From an uncultured bacterium (GTDB taxonomy: Bacteria; Actinomycetota; Thermoleophilia; Solirubrobacterales; 70-9), in contig CAWDLT010000009.1 in the NCBI GenBank assembly GCA_963803305.1, positions 333,347 through 397,346 of the forward strand: a stretch of DNA of 64,000 nucleotides. The letters run 5' to 3'. The notes below the pieces were generated by a model. It ran no database searches. It saw only the letters and a list, made by a program, of their open reading frames with translations, and had not been told where the DNA came from. The position numbers were made by a program, and so were the translations under genes. Shown piece by piece: positions 1-12,280 of the stretch; within the stretch, counting starts at the first letter, position 1; every line of letters begins with the position of its first letter.

Positions 1-292
1 CGGGCGGGACCCGCTCGTCTTCGACGCGGGTCCGCGGACCGTCCGATCGATCGGCATCGTGACCGGGGCGGGCGCATCGGCGATCCACGCCGCGGTCGAG
101 CTCGGCCTCGACGCGTTCTTGACCGGGGAACCGGCCGAGCATGCGATGGGCGACGCGCGGGAGGGCGCGATCCACTTCATCGCGGCCGGCCACTACGCGA
201 CCGAGAGGCTCGGCATCAGGCGCCTCGGCGACCTGGTCGCGGAGCGGTTCGGGATCGCGCACGACTTCATCGAGGTGCCCAATCCCGTCTGA
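1..292 (+). CDS. Nif3-like dinuclear metal center protein, C-terminal part (5-prime end lies outside the window)
   Basis: The frame is open from the window edge. The C-terminus FIAAGHYATERLGIRRLGDLVAERFGI...EVPNPV resembles NIF3/YbgI family ends. Confidence 0.6.
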   Translation, partial: GRDPLVFDAGPRTVRSIGIVTGAGASAIHAAVELGLDAFLTGEPAEHAMGDAREGAIHFIAAGHYATERLGIRRLGDLVAERFGIAHDFIEVPNPV

Positions 293-317
293 ACCCCGGA
301 AATTGCGAGCGAAATAA

Positions 318-345
318 TTGACATGTCCGTCTGGAGCGATAAAAC
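318..345 (+). promoter_or_regulatory. Candidate sigma-70-type promoter (TTGACA-16 nt-TAAAAC)
   Basis: TTGACA at 318-323 and TAAAAC at 340-345 lie in a locally AT-rich spacer. It is ~37 nt upstream of the GTG at 382, which has an AGGAGGAG Shine-Dalgarno. Confidence 0.35.
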
Positions 346-381
346 TCGTCGGGCAGGCAAGCAACAGGAGGAGATTTCCGC

Positions 382-564
382 GTGGCCATTCACCTGACGC
401 CCACCGAGCTCGCCGACGAAGTCAACATGAAGCGGCGTGAGGTGATCTCCAAGTGCATGGAGATGGGCGTCCCGATCTTCAACGGCCGGATCGACAAGAC
501 CCTGTTCCTCTCCTCGATGCGCCGGGTCACCCGGGGCCCGAGCCGGGCCCAGACGGCAGCCTGA
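382..564 (+). CDS. Small hypothetical protein (60 aa), possible helix-turn-helix / IF2-N-like fold
   Basis: GTG start with a strong SD (aggaggag at 365-372). The protein LTPTELADEVNMKRREVISKCMEMGVPIF looks like a small DNA/RNA-binding module. The family was not recognised with certainty. Confidence 0.4.
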   Translation: MAIHLTPTELADEVNMKRREVISKCMEMGVPIFNGRIDKTLFLSSMRRVTRGPSRAQTAA

Positions 565-639
565 TCGGCGTCGCTGAGATAGCCTTCTGAGCGGAGCGGC
601 GCCGAGGCCGCTCGGTACGTCGTAGGGCGAAGGAGGAGA

Positions 640-2457
640 TTGATGGAGACTGCGACCGTCGGCGCTGACGTCGCGGACGCACTCGCGCCGGGGGCCGTCG
701 CCGACCTGCTTCCGCTCGCCGCGCGCCGCCACGCGAACCTCAATGCGGTCCTCTACAAGGAGGAGGGCGCGCAGGGCTGGACCTCGAGGACCTTCGCCGA
801 GGTCGGCGAGACAGTCGAGCGGCTGTCGCTGGGCCTGATGGCACTCGGGATCGAGAAGGGCGACAAGGTCTCGATCCTCTCCAACACCCGACCCGAATGG
901 ACCTACTACGACTTCGCCGCGCTTTCGGCTGGCGCGACGGTGGTCCCGATCTATCAGACGAACTCGCCCGAGGAGTGCCAGTACGTGCTCGAGAACTCCG
1001 ACGCGAAGGCGGTGATCGTCGAGGACGCGGCGCAGCTCGAGAAGATCCGCCAGGTCCGCGATGATTGCCCGAAGCTCGAGCACGTGATCATGATCAGCGG
1101 CTCGGGGGAGGGCGTCATCACGACCGAGGATCTGGTCGAGCGCGGCTCCAGCCTCAGCTCGACCGACTGGGAGGAGCGCTGGAGCTCGGTGACGCCGGAA
1201 GACATCTGCACCTTCATCTACACGTCGGGCACCACGGGCCCACCCAAGGGGTGCGTGATCTCGCACGGCAACTACCGCGCGATGATCGACATGGCGTTGC
1301 GCCAGAGCGTCCTCGAGCCCAGTCGCGTCACCTATCTGTACCTGCCGCTTGCCCACTCGTTCGCCCTCCTGATCCAGCTCTTGAGCTTCGAGGTGGGCGG
1401 CGAGCTCGCCTACTGGGAGCGCGACCCGACGAAGATCCTCCCCAACCTCGCGGAGGTCAAGCCCCACTACTTCCCCTCGGTGCCGAGGATCTTCGAGAAG
1501 ATCTACACCGCGGCGACCTCCAAGGCCGAGCAGGCCGGCGGCCCGCAGAAGCTGGTCTTCGATTGGGCGATCGGGGTCGGTCGCAGGATGCGCGAGGCCC
1601 AGCGCGAGGGCCGGGCCGCGTGGCCGCCGCTCCGGGTCCAGCACGAGATCGCAGATCGCTTGGTGCTCGCTCACATTCGCAACCTGTTCGGCGGCCGGAT
1701 CGTCGAGGCCGTCACCGGCGCGGCGCCGATCAACCCCGACATCCTCCGGTTCTTCGACGCGGCCGGGGTCCTCGTGGTCGAGGGATGGGGGATGACGGAG
1801 ACCTCAACCGCGGCGACGATCTCGACCGCGGAGACGTTCAAGTTCGGGACGATCGGCAAGCCGTTTCCCGGCTGCGAGGTCAAGGTCGCCGAGGACGGCG
1901 AGATCCTGGTCCGCGGCCCGAACGTGTTCCAGGGCTACTACAAGAACGAGGAGGCGACCCGCGAGACACTGGTCGACGGGTGGCTGCACACGGGCGACCT
2001 CGGCGAGGTCGACTCGGACGGATTCATCAAGATCACCGGGCGCAAGAAGGACATCATCATCACGGCGGGCGGCAAGAACATCACGCCCGCCAACATCGAG
2101 GCCGAGATCAAGCAGCACCCGCTGGTCTCCCAGTGTGTCCTGATCGGGGACCGCAGGCCATACCTGACCGGGCTGGTGACCCTCGATCCCGAGGAAGCCG
2201 TCAAGTGGGCAGCCGACCACGGGCTCGCCGAGGACCCCGAGGCGCTGGCGTCGGACCCACAGGTCCGCGCGTCGATCTCAGAGCGCGTGGACGCGATCAA
2301 CGAGAAGTTCGCCCGCGTCGAGCAGGTGAAGAAGTTCGCCATCCTGCCCCGCGACCTCTCACAGGAGGGCGGCGAGCTGACTCCGACGCTGAAGGTCAAG
2401 AGGGCTGTCGTGGCCGACAAGTACGCGGCCGAGATCGAGTCCCTGTACTCGGACTAG
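640..2457 (+). CDS. Long-chain fatty-acid-CoA ligase (AMP-dependent synthetase/ligase)
   Basis: 605 aa with the AMP-binding signature IYTSGTTGPPKGCVISHGNY, a TGDLG motif and a C-terminal KVKR lysine loop. Confidence 0.9.
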   Translation: MMETATVGADVADALAPGAVADLLPLAARRHANLNAVLYKEEGAQGWTSRTFAEVGETVERLSLGLMALGIEKGDKVSILSNTRPEWTYYDFAALSAGATVVPIYQTNSPEECQYVLENSDAKAVIVEDAAQLEKIRQVRDDCPKLEHVIMISGSGEGVITTEDLVERGSSLSSTDWEERWSSVTPEDICTFIYTSGTTGPPKGCVISHGNYRAMIDMALRQSVLEPSRVTYLYLPLAHSFALLIQLLSFEVGGELAYWERDPTKILPNLAEVKPHYFPSVPRIFEKIYTAATSKAEQAGGPQKLVFDWAIGVGRRMREAQREGRAAWPPLRVQHEIADRLVLAHIRNLFGGRIVEAVTGAAPINPDILRFFDAAGVLVVEGWGMTETSTAATISTAETFKFGTIGKPFPGCEVKVAEDGEILVRGPNVFQGYYKNEEATRETLVDGWLHTGDLGEVDSDGFIKITGRKKDIIITAGGKNITPANIEAEIKQHPLVSQCVLIGDRRPYLTGLVTLDPEEAVKWAADHGLAEDPEALASDPQVRASISERVDAINEKFARVEQVKKFAILPRDLSQEGGELTPTLKVKRAVVADKYAAEIESLYSD

Positions 2458-2463
2458 GCCCGG

Positions 2464-3747
2464 CTACTCGGCCGACGAGGAGGAAGCAGGGCCCGGTTGC
2501 TGGCGCAGAAGCGCCGCGGTGGTCTGCTCGAGGACCCTGCGCCAGGCCGACAGCCGCTCCTCCTCGCGCTCAACCTGATCGAGCACATGGCGGACGCGGC
2601 GGGCCGAGATCTCGATTCCGTGGCGCTCGGCGATCGACTTGTAGCGCTCGTAGTCGCGCGCCAGCTTCAGCGTGACCGACTCGAACCCGTGCTTGGCGAT
2701 CTCGAGCCGGCCGCTGTAATCGAGGATCGAGGTCCCGAACATGACCTCGTCGTCGAGCTCGGGCTCGATCAGGATGATGTCGACGCCGGGGTAGCGCTGC
2801 TCCCAGTACTCGACCGCCAGGTGGAGGCGCTCGTGTGAGAGGAGCCGGAACGCCTGGTTGCCGATCGCGGTGAAGCCCATGTCGGATACGCGCCGGGCGC
2901 GGTTGCCGGTGATCGTCGGGATGCGCTTCCGGAAGTCGTTCACGTACGGGACCATGGGATTGATCACGACGATGAACTTGGCGCCGTGCTCGACGGCGAC
3001 GTCAACGTTGGTGGTCGAGCGGATGCCCCCGTCGATGTACTCACGGTCATCGATCTGCACCGGCTCGTAGACCATCGGCAGGGCGCCCGACGCTGCGACC
3101 GCGGTCGAGATCGGCACGTCGGCCCACTCCTCCTCGCCGAGCACGACCCGCTCCGTCGTGTCGAGGTCGGTGGCGGTCAGGTAGAGCTCGTGCTCGAGCA
3201 GCCGGAAGTCGTTCGTGCGATCGGGATCGGACAGCACCTCGGCCACGTACCGCTCGATCCCGGCGCCCGTGTAGATCCCGGCCGGAAGCCCGGTTGCGAG
3301 GCCCGTCGCGATGTCGACCGCCGAGAGCTCCCCGAGATGGCTGACCACTTCCCGCGCCACCCCGGCGACCCGGAGGGGGAAGGTGACCGACTTTCGAAGA
3401 AAACCTCGGTAGTTGGGTCGCAGCAGGGTGCCGAGCGAGATGTCGGAGAGGGGCGACGGGAGGTCGTTGTTGATCACCCGCATCATCTCCTCGGGGGTGA
3501 TGCCGTTCGAGACCATCCCGGCGACGAACGCGCCGGCGCTCGTGCCCACGTAGACGTCGAACTCGTTGATCGTGCTGTTGACGGCGAGCAGGTCGAGCGC
3601 CCGAAGCGCCCCGATCTCGTAAACGCCGCCGGTGAACCCTCCGCCGCCCAGAACGAGCGCGGTCTTGGAAATGCGCTTACGACCTCTTCGGCTCCGAGAT
3701 CCGCGCGACTGGGTGCGCGGGGTCTCGAGCTCGACGACCTTCCCCAT
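2464..3747 (-). CDS. Patatin-like phospholipase family protein
   Basis: Oxyanion GGGGFTGG, nucleophile elbow GTSAG and the catalytic Asp in the YIDGG motif. Confidence 0.85.
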   Translation of the reverse strand: MGKVVELETPRTQSRGSRSRRGRKRISKTALVLGGGGFTGGVYEIGALRALDLLAVNSTINEFDVYVGTSAGAFVAGMVSNGITPEEMMRVINNDLPSPLSDISLGTLLRPNYRGFLRKSVTFPLRVAGVAREVVSHLGELSAVDIATGLATGLPAGIYTGAGIERYVAEVLSDPDRTNDFRLLEHELYLTATDLDTTERVVLGEEEWADVPISTAVAASGALPMVYEPVQIDDREYIDGGIRSTTNVDVAVEHGAKFIVVINPMVPYVNDFRKRIPTITGNRARRVSDMGFTAIGNQAFRLLSHERLHLAVEYWEQRYPGVDIILIEPELDDEVMFGTSILDYSGRLEIAKHGFESVTLKLARDYERYKSIAERHGIEISARRVRHVLDQVEREEERLSAWRRVLEQTTAALLRQQPGPASSSSAE

Positions 3748-5056
3748 GGCTGTGGGGCATTATGACCGGATCCAAGCTCGATCTGATCCCTCACGGCGTC
3801 GAAGATGGCTGGCGACAGGCCTGGCCGCCGTTGCCGGCCTGCTGGCGGCAGCGCCGGCGCCGGCCGGCGCATCGGTCTCCCGGGGTCACCTGGAGCGGAG
3901 CCTGGCCAAGCAAATGCGCCACGTGGGCGGCGCCAGCGGCGCCTTCGTCACCGACCTCGATGCCCGACGCCACCGGACGCTGTTCAGCCGGTCATCGCGC
4001 CGCCACCGCCCGCTTGCCTCCAACACGAAGCTGTTCACGATGGCGGCGCTTCTCGACCGGTTCGGCCCCCGAGCCACCTTCAAGACGAGGCTCTACGCGC
4101 GGCCGACGCGCCGCGCCGGGCGGCACACGCTGCGAGCGAGCGTGGTGGTGGTCGGGGCCGGCGACCCGGCGCTCGGCAGGCGGTCCTTCGCGCAGCGCTT
4201 CGGAGTGCCCCTGACGCCGTTGGGCAGGCTCGCCGGCGACGTTCGAAGGTCCGGAATCAAGCGGATCACGGGCAAGGTCCGCGTCGACGACTCGATCTTC
4301 GACCGCCGACGCGGCATCCCGACCAGCGGGGTCGACGCCTCGGGCGAGCTCGGGCCGCTGTCGGGGCTCTCCTATGACTCCGGGATCGTCCACGGCCACT
4401 ATGCGGGGAACCCGGAGCTCGTCGCCGCCCGGGCCCTGAAGAACAAGCTGCGAAGAGCCGGAGTCAGGGTCGAGGGAGGGATCGGCCGGGCCGAACTCCC
4501 GGCGCGGGTGCTCCGCAAGCGCGCGCTGGCAAGCGTCAGCTCACCCTCGGTGGCGAGCTTGATGGCGGCGACGCTCAGGCCATCGAACAACTTCTTCGCC
4601 GAGATGCTCCTGAAGCGGCTGGCGGCCGGCCGCACCGGTCCCAGGGGCACGACCCGACGCGGCGCGGCCAAGGTCAGGAAGTTCGCCCGTCACGTCGGCA
4701 CCAGCGTCAAGCTGGAGAATGGCTCCGGGCTCTCGCGCGCCGACCGGGCCTCCCCGCGCCAGGTCGTCCGGCTCCTCGCCGCGATGAGCCGGCGACGGGG
4801 AGCCGGCGCCTACCGCCGGGGGCTCCCACTGGCCGGGGAGCAGGGAACCGTCGCCGACCGCATGAACGGCACGGCGGCCGACGGACGCTGCCGCACCAAG
4901 ACCGGCACCCTGACCGCGGTCAGCGCCCTTTCCGGCTACTGCCACGCGGGACACGGCACGGTCGCCTTCTCGATCCTGATGGGCACCCCGAACCTCGACG
5001 CCGCCCGAAACGCCCAGGACAGGATGGCCGCCCTGATCGCCCGCTACCGAAGATGA
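3746..5056 (+). CDS. dacB: D-alanyl-D-alanine carboxypeptidase/endopeptidase (PBP4, peptidase S13 family)
   Basis: SNTK (SxxK), ENGSGLS and KTGTL motifs, with the N-terminal signal-like segment RRRRWLATGLAAVAGLLAAAPAPAGA. The start is uncertain: the ATG at 3746 overlaps the divergent patatin start. Confidence 0.8.
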   Translation: MAVGHYDRIQARSDPSRRRRWLATGLAAVAGLLAAAPAPAGASVSRGHLERSLAKQMRHVGGASGAFVTDLDARRHRTLFSRSSRRHRPLASNTKLFTMAALLDRFGPRATFKTRLYARPTRRAGRHTLRASVVVVGAGDPALGRRSFAQRFGVPLTPLGRLAGDVRRSGIKRITGKVRVDDSIFDRRRGIPTSGVDASGELGPLSGLSYDSGIVHGHYAGNPELVAARALKNKLRRAGVRVEGGIGRAELPARVLRKRALASVSSPSVASLMAATLRPSNNFFAEMLLKRLAAGRTGPRGTTRRGAAKVRKFARHVGTSVKLENGSGLSRADRASPRQVVRLLAAMSRRRGAGAYRRGLPLAGEQGTVADRMNGTAADGRCRTKTGTLTAVSALSGYCHAGHGTVAFSILMGTPNLDAARNAQDRMAALIARYRR

Positions 5057-5217
5057 CTCCGCCGAAAGCGTCGCCTCCGGCTCCGGAATGACGCCGCCGG
5101 CTGCTCGCCGGAACAACTCCGCCGGAAGCCTCGCCTACGGCTACGTTTCCGGCGGGTTGCAACGCGTTACCGACCGGCAGGACGTAGCCGCCTGCACCGC
5201 GACTTCGTCGCTAGCCC
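5057..5217. repeat. Non-coding copy (1.5 units) of the family-D ~100-nt repeat
   Basis: 5117-5217 aligns end to end with the copy inside rpsQ (24578-24677). It shares the first ~41 nt with 5 mismatches and an identical last 20 nt, cgcgacttcgtcgctagccc. It lies between the convergent dacB and ligA genes. Confidence 0.7.
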
Positions 5218-5370
5218 GGACGTGGGTCGTCTGGTGAATGCATGCCATTGACTAATCGACCCACGCCGTTACGACGGCATGCCTTACTCCCTACCCAGCC
5301 CCACCACCACCGTCGCGAGCCACCGACACCACGATGTCGGCGATTCGCGATGGCGCCGCTCCTCGGGTCG

Positions 5371-8235
<2,865 letters not shown>

Positions 8236-8303
8236 CTAGGGTGGCTCGGCGGCACGATCAGTGCGTGGAAGCGCAACCCGAGACCCTCACGGTCGGCCAT
8301 TCC

Positions 8304-8326
8304 GCCCACGACGCTGGGCTTTTTTT
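8304..8326 (+). terminator. Orphan intrinsic-terminator-like hairpin plus T7 run on the plus strand
   Basis: GCCCA-cgacgc-TGGGC is followed by TTTTTTT (8320-8326). No plus-strand CDS lies upstream. A T7 run is conspicuous in this GC-rich DNA. Confidence 0.45.
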
Positions 8327-8470
8327 GTGGAGCTCCTGAGCGCCCGTCGGGTCGAGGTGCCTACGTGCGCGGAGAGGGAGTGGCGCCGATGTCACCGCCG
8401 GCTGATCTCCGACGCGCTCGTCGAGCGGGGCTGGCGGGTGCTTCACATTCGCCGCGGCGGCGGGATTTAG
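8321..8470 (+). pseudogene. Internally deleted DUF488-like remnant
   Basis: FFVELLSARRVEV (N-terminal DUF488-like motif) is joined directly to CAEREWRRCHRRLISDALVERGWRVLHI (the C-terminal CHR motif). The ~90 aa normally between them are missing. Confidence 0.4.
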
Positions 8471-8557
8471 GAACATCCGCCGACGATCGAGGCGACGGGG
8501 CGCCGGCCCTGACGGTCCGCCGTGAAGGTCTGACGCGGTTTCAGCTAGGTTCGCGCC

Positions 8558-9658
8558 GTGAGCGAGCCGCCGGATGCCGAGGTGAACCAGAGACCCGTGT
8601 GGTCCGAGCCGGTCAGGGGCGGCTACCCCGACCCGGCGGTGGTCGCCCTCCCTGGGAGAGATCGCCTCAAGGGCTGGAGGGAGCGCACCTGGCCGCCACC
8701 CCCGCTGTCTCATCTGACCGGCGCGGTGCCGACCGGGTTCGGCGACGGGACGGCCGAGGCGGAGATGCCCGCTTCGGGGTGGCTCTCTTCGTCGACCGGC
8801 GTGATCTCGGGTGGGGCGCTGGCGATCGTCGCCGACATCGCGTTCGGGTGCTCCATCGAGAGCCAGCTGCCGGCGGCGACGACCTATACGACCGCCGAGC
8901 TCTCGATGTCCTTCCTGCGGCCCGCCAGGCCTGGGACCGACCTCAGCGCCCACGGCCAGGCGATCCACGTCGGCCGCTCGGTGGCCCTCTCGGAGGTGTT
9001 CGTGCTCGACCGGGACACCGAGCGCCTCATCGCTCATGGGACATCGCGGCTGTCGGTGTTCCCGCCCCTCGAGGATCCTCCCGAGCCCCAGGGCCATCCG
9101 CGGATTGTCGAGACCACCGACTACGGCTCACCGGACCCGTTCGAGCGGCCACCGCCCGACGCCGTGATCCCTCAGACGGTCTGGTCGGAGCTATCGGGCG
9201 CGGAGATCCTTCGCCGCCAGCTCGCGGGCGAGCTTCCCGCGCCGCCGCTTCATCATCTGACCGGGCTGCGGCTCACCGAGGTCGGGGATGGGACGGCCAC
9301 GTTTGTGCTGCCGGCTACGGAGTGGCTGGCGAGCCCCGCCCGCCGACTCCAGGGTGGGGTGATCGCCATGCAGGCCGATTTCGCGATGCTCGCCGCCGCC
9401 GAGACGAAGGCGGCGGCCGGGGTGGCGATCGCCGGCCTCGATCTGAAGGCGAACTTCCTTCGCCCGGTGAATTACGACGGAGCCGATCTGACGGCGCGCG
9501 CCGAGGTCATCCACAGCGGGCGGACCATCGCGATCACCCGCGCCGAGGTCACGAACGCCGAGGGCAAGCCGGTCCTGCTCGCCACCGGCTCGTCGATGTA
9601 CCTGCCGGGACGCCCCGCGAGCCTCGGGGAGGTGGAGCTGAGCCCCGGGGAGGACTGA
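8558..9658 (+). CDS. Double hotdog-fold (PaaI-type) thioesterase
   Basis: Two tandem homologous halves: LTGAVPTGFGDGTAEAEMPASGWL...HVGRSVALSEVFV and LTGLRLTEVGDGTATFVLPATEWL...IHSGRTIAITRAEV. Confidence 0.75.
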   Translation: MSEPPDAEVNQRPVWSEPVRGGYPDPAVVALPGRDRLKGWRERTWPPPPLSHLTGAVPTGFGDGTAEAEMPASGWLSSSTGVISGGALAIVADIAFGCSIESQLPAATTYTTAELSMSFLRPARPGTDLSAHGQAIHVGRSVALSEVFVLDRDTERLIAHGTSRLSVFPPLEDPPEPQGHPRIVETTDYGSPDPFERPPPDAVIPQTVWSELSGAEILRRQLAGELPAPPLHHLTGLRLTEVGDGTATFVLPATEWLASPARRLQGGVIAMQADFAMLAAAETKAAAGVAIAGLDLKANFLRPVNYDGADLTARAEVIHSGRTIAITRAEVTNAEGKPVLLATGSSMYLPGRPASLGEVELSPGED

Positions 9659-9665
9659 GGCTGAG

Positions 9666-11043
9666 CTACGGAGCCGTCTTCCACAGCTTCTCGCCGTGGG
9701 TCTGATCCTGGTCGGTGAAGAAGAACACCGAGCGGCCGATCCTGGTCAGGTTGTAGGGAGACGAACCAACCGTGCCGGGCTTGACGTCGTCGACGAGCTT
9801 CGTTCCCGCGCCGGTGCCGTTCGAGATCCAAGGCTCATTGCCGTGTTCGCCGTCATTCGCCGTGAAGACGACCCTGCGACCGACCGCCGTCAGATTCCAC
9901 GGGTCGGAGCTGACCCCGCGGCGGATGTTCCTGACGCGTTTCGTTCCCCTGCGGGTTCCATCGGACACCCAGAGCTCGCGATCCCTGGCGCGGTCACGCG
10001 CGGTGAAGAAGAGCCGATCACCCGCTTCGGTGAGGTTGAAGGGCTTCGAGCTCCCCTCCCCGGGAACGATGTCCCTGACGACCTTCGTTCCGGCGCTGGT
10101 GCCGTCGGACTTCCAGAGCTCGCGACCGCGGGGTCCGGTATACGCGCTGAAGAACAGGGCGTGGCCGACGGTCGTGAGGTCGTACGGATCGGAGCTCTTG
10201 ACGCCCGGCTTGACGTCCTTGACGACCTTCGTTCCCGCCGCCGTCCCGTTGGTCTTCCAGAGCTCGACGCCATGCGCATCGTCTCTGGCAGTGAAGAAGA
10301 AGGTGCCGGCGACGTCGGTCCACCAGCCGCCCCTGAAGTGGTCCACGACCTTGGTCGTCCCCTGCTCCGTGCCGTCGCTCCTCCACAGCTGGCGTCCGGG
10401 AGCGTCACCGATCGTGAAGAAGAGCGTGCCGCCGATGTTGCGCATTCCGATCAGATACGAGGACGCGGCGCCAGGCGTGATGTCCTTGACGAGCTTCGTC
10501 CCCTGCTCGGTGCCGTCCGATCTCCAGAGCTCGGCGCCATGAACGGGGTCGTAGGCATCGAAATACACCCTCTGGCCGACCCGCTCCATCGGATCACAGC
10601 AGCTGCTTTGGGGACCCGGGTTGATGTCCTTGACGAGCCGCGTGCCCGCCCGCGTGCCGTCCGACCTCCAGAGCTCGCGGCCATGGACGCCGTCGTCGGC
10701 GGAGAACGAGAGCGAGCCCCCTGGCCTCGACGAGACTGTCGGGGTCGGAGCCCTCGGGCCCGGGGCGGATGTCCTTGAGCAGCTTCGTGCCCGGGGCGGT
10801 GCCGTCCGACCTCCAGAGCTCCGAACCGTGGTCCGGATCCCAGACCCGGAAGAGAAGGGTCCCGTCGACATCGGTCAAGTAGTCCGCGGGTCCGCCCTGT
10901 GGCCCCCAGGTGAAGTCCTTGACCAGCTTTGCCGTGATCGCGGCGGACGCTGAGGGGACGAGCAGGAGCGAGGCGACCAGGACCAGGAAAGGACCGAGCC
11001 AACGAACCACACTGCTCGTCTGCGTTGCAGCAAGACCCTTCAC
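9666..11043 (-). pseudogene. Secreted ELWxxDGT-repeat protein interrupted by a single frameshift
   Basis: ORF 10594-11043 supplies the signal peptide and first repeat. ORF 9666-10871 supplies 7 further [EQ]LWxS[DN]GTxxGT-type repeats and a partial one. The frames switch at the C5 run 10717-10721, and removing one base restores ...DSLVEARGSLSFSADDGVHGRELW... Confidence 0.7.
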
Positions 11044-11086
11044 CCCGCAAGTAGGTTAAACCGGCGAGGCACCGGTTCGGCCGATC

Positions 11087-11839
11087 TCAGTACCTCACGG
11101 ACGCCAGGTAGAGGCCGTGGGGCGGTGCCGTCTCTCCGGCGCGCTCGCGTGGGGCGCCCTGAAGAAGAGCCCGGAAGTCCTCGAGCGTGCGCCGACTCCC
11201 CGCCACCTCGAGCATCGTCCCGACGAGCACCCGGACCATGCGACGCATGAACGCGTCGGCCTCGATCCAGAGCTCGAGCAGGTCGCCGGCGAAGGGCTCG
11301 GCGAGGCTCTCGCTCCGCCACTCGGCGCCCAGGACCTCGCGCTCGAAGCGCACGTGCTCGGTCTCCGCGGGCGTGAACGCGGTGAAGTCGTGCGACCCCA
11401 CCAGGATCGCGGCGCAGCGATCGAGCACCTCTCGATCGATCGGGCGCGGCCACCAAAGCGCCCTTCCTCGCTCGAACGGGTGGCGCACGGGCGACGCCAG
11501 GAGCCGGTAGCAGTACGTTCGCGAGCGGGCGTCGCGTCGGGCGTCGAAGCCGTCCGGCGCCCGCCGCGACTCGATCACGGAGATCTCAGAGGGGAGCAGG
11601 GCGCTGATCCGGTTCGCAAGCTGATCAGGCGGGGGATCTGGGAGGTCGAGGCTCGACACCTGACCCCAGGCGTGTACGCCCGCGTCGGTGCGCCCGGCGA
11701 CGGTGAGCGCCACCCGCCGGCCGAGTATCCGTTCGAGCGCCGCCTCGAGCTCGCCCTGCACGGTGCGCAGGCCCGGCTGCACAGCCCAGCCCGCGAACGG
11801 CGTCCCGTCGTAGGTGATCGTCAGCCGGTAGGTGCCCAC
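11087..11839 (-). CDS. truA: tRNA pseudouridine(38-40) synthase
   Basis: The YDGTPFAGWAVQPG..RTVQGELEAAL N-terminus is typical of TruA. Its position after rplQ is as in many bacteria. Confidence 0.9.
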   Translation of the reverse strand: MGTYRLTITYDGTPFAGWAVQPGLRTVQGELEAALERILGRRVALTVAGRTDAGVHAWGQVSSLDLPDPPPDQLANRISALLPSEISVIESRRAPDGFDARRDARSRTYCYRLLASPVRHPFERGRALWWPRPIDREVLDRCAAILVGSHDFTAFTPAETEHVRFEREVLGAEWRSESLAEPFAGDLLELWIEADAFMRRMVRVLVGTMLEVAGSRRTLEDFRALLQGAPRERAGETAPPHGLYLASVRY

Positions 11840-11860
11840 GACCGGAGGCTGGTCCCGCGG

Positions 11861-12214
11861 CTAGACCAGCTCGATGAAGACCATCTCGGTCGAGTCCGAG
11901 CGCCGCGGGCCGAGCTTGATGATCCGCGTGTAGCCGCCGGGGCGCTCCGAGTATCTCGGGGCGACCTCCTCGAACAGCTTGTGGACGACGAATCGATCCT
12001 GGCCGAGCGACGACAGCGCCCGGCGCCGGGCGTGGAGGTCCCCCCGCTTGGCGAGCGTGATCAGCTTCTCGACCTCGGGCTTGACCGCCTTGGCCTTGGC
12101 CTGGCTGGTCTTGATCCGCTCGTGCTCGATCAGCTCGCGCGACAGGTTTCGCAGCAGGGACCTGCGATGCGCCGAATCGCGGCTGAGCTTGTTTCGTTGC
12201 TTTGCGTGGCGCAT
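11861..12214 (-). CDS. rplQ: 50S ribosomal protein L17
   Basis: The protein starts MRHAKQRNKLSRDSAHRRSLLRNL, and the gene sits in the alpha-operon position. Confidence 0.95.
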   Translation of the reverse strand: MRHAKQRNKLSRDSAHRRSLLRNLSRELIEHERIKTSQAKAKAVKPEVEKLITLAKRGDLHARRRALSSLGQDRFVVHKLFEEVAPRYSERPGGYTRIIKLGPRRSDSTEMVFIELV

Positions 12215-12280
12215 CTCAAGGTCCGGGGCGCGGCGGGCGGGCGGCCAGGGGACGAGATCGTAGTCTCTATCGTTGGCCGG

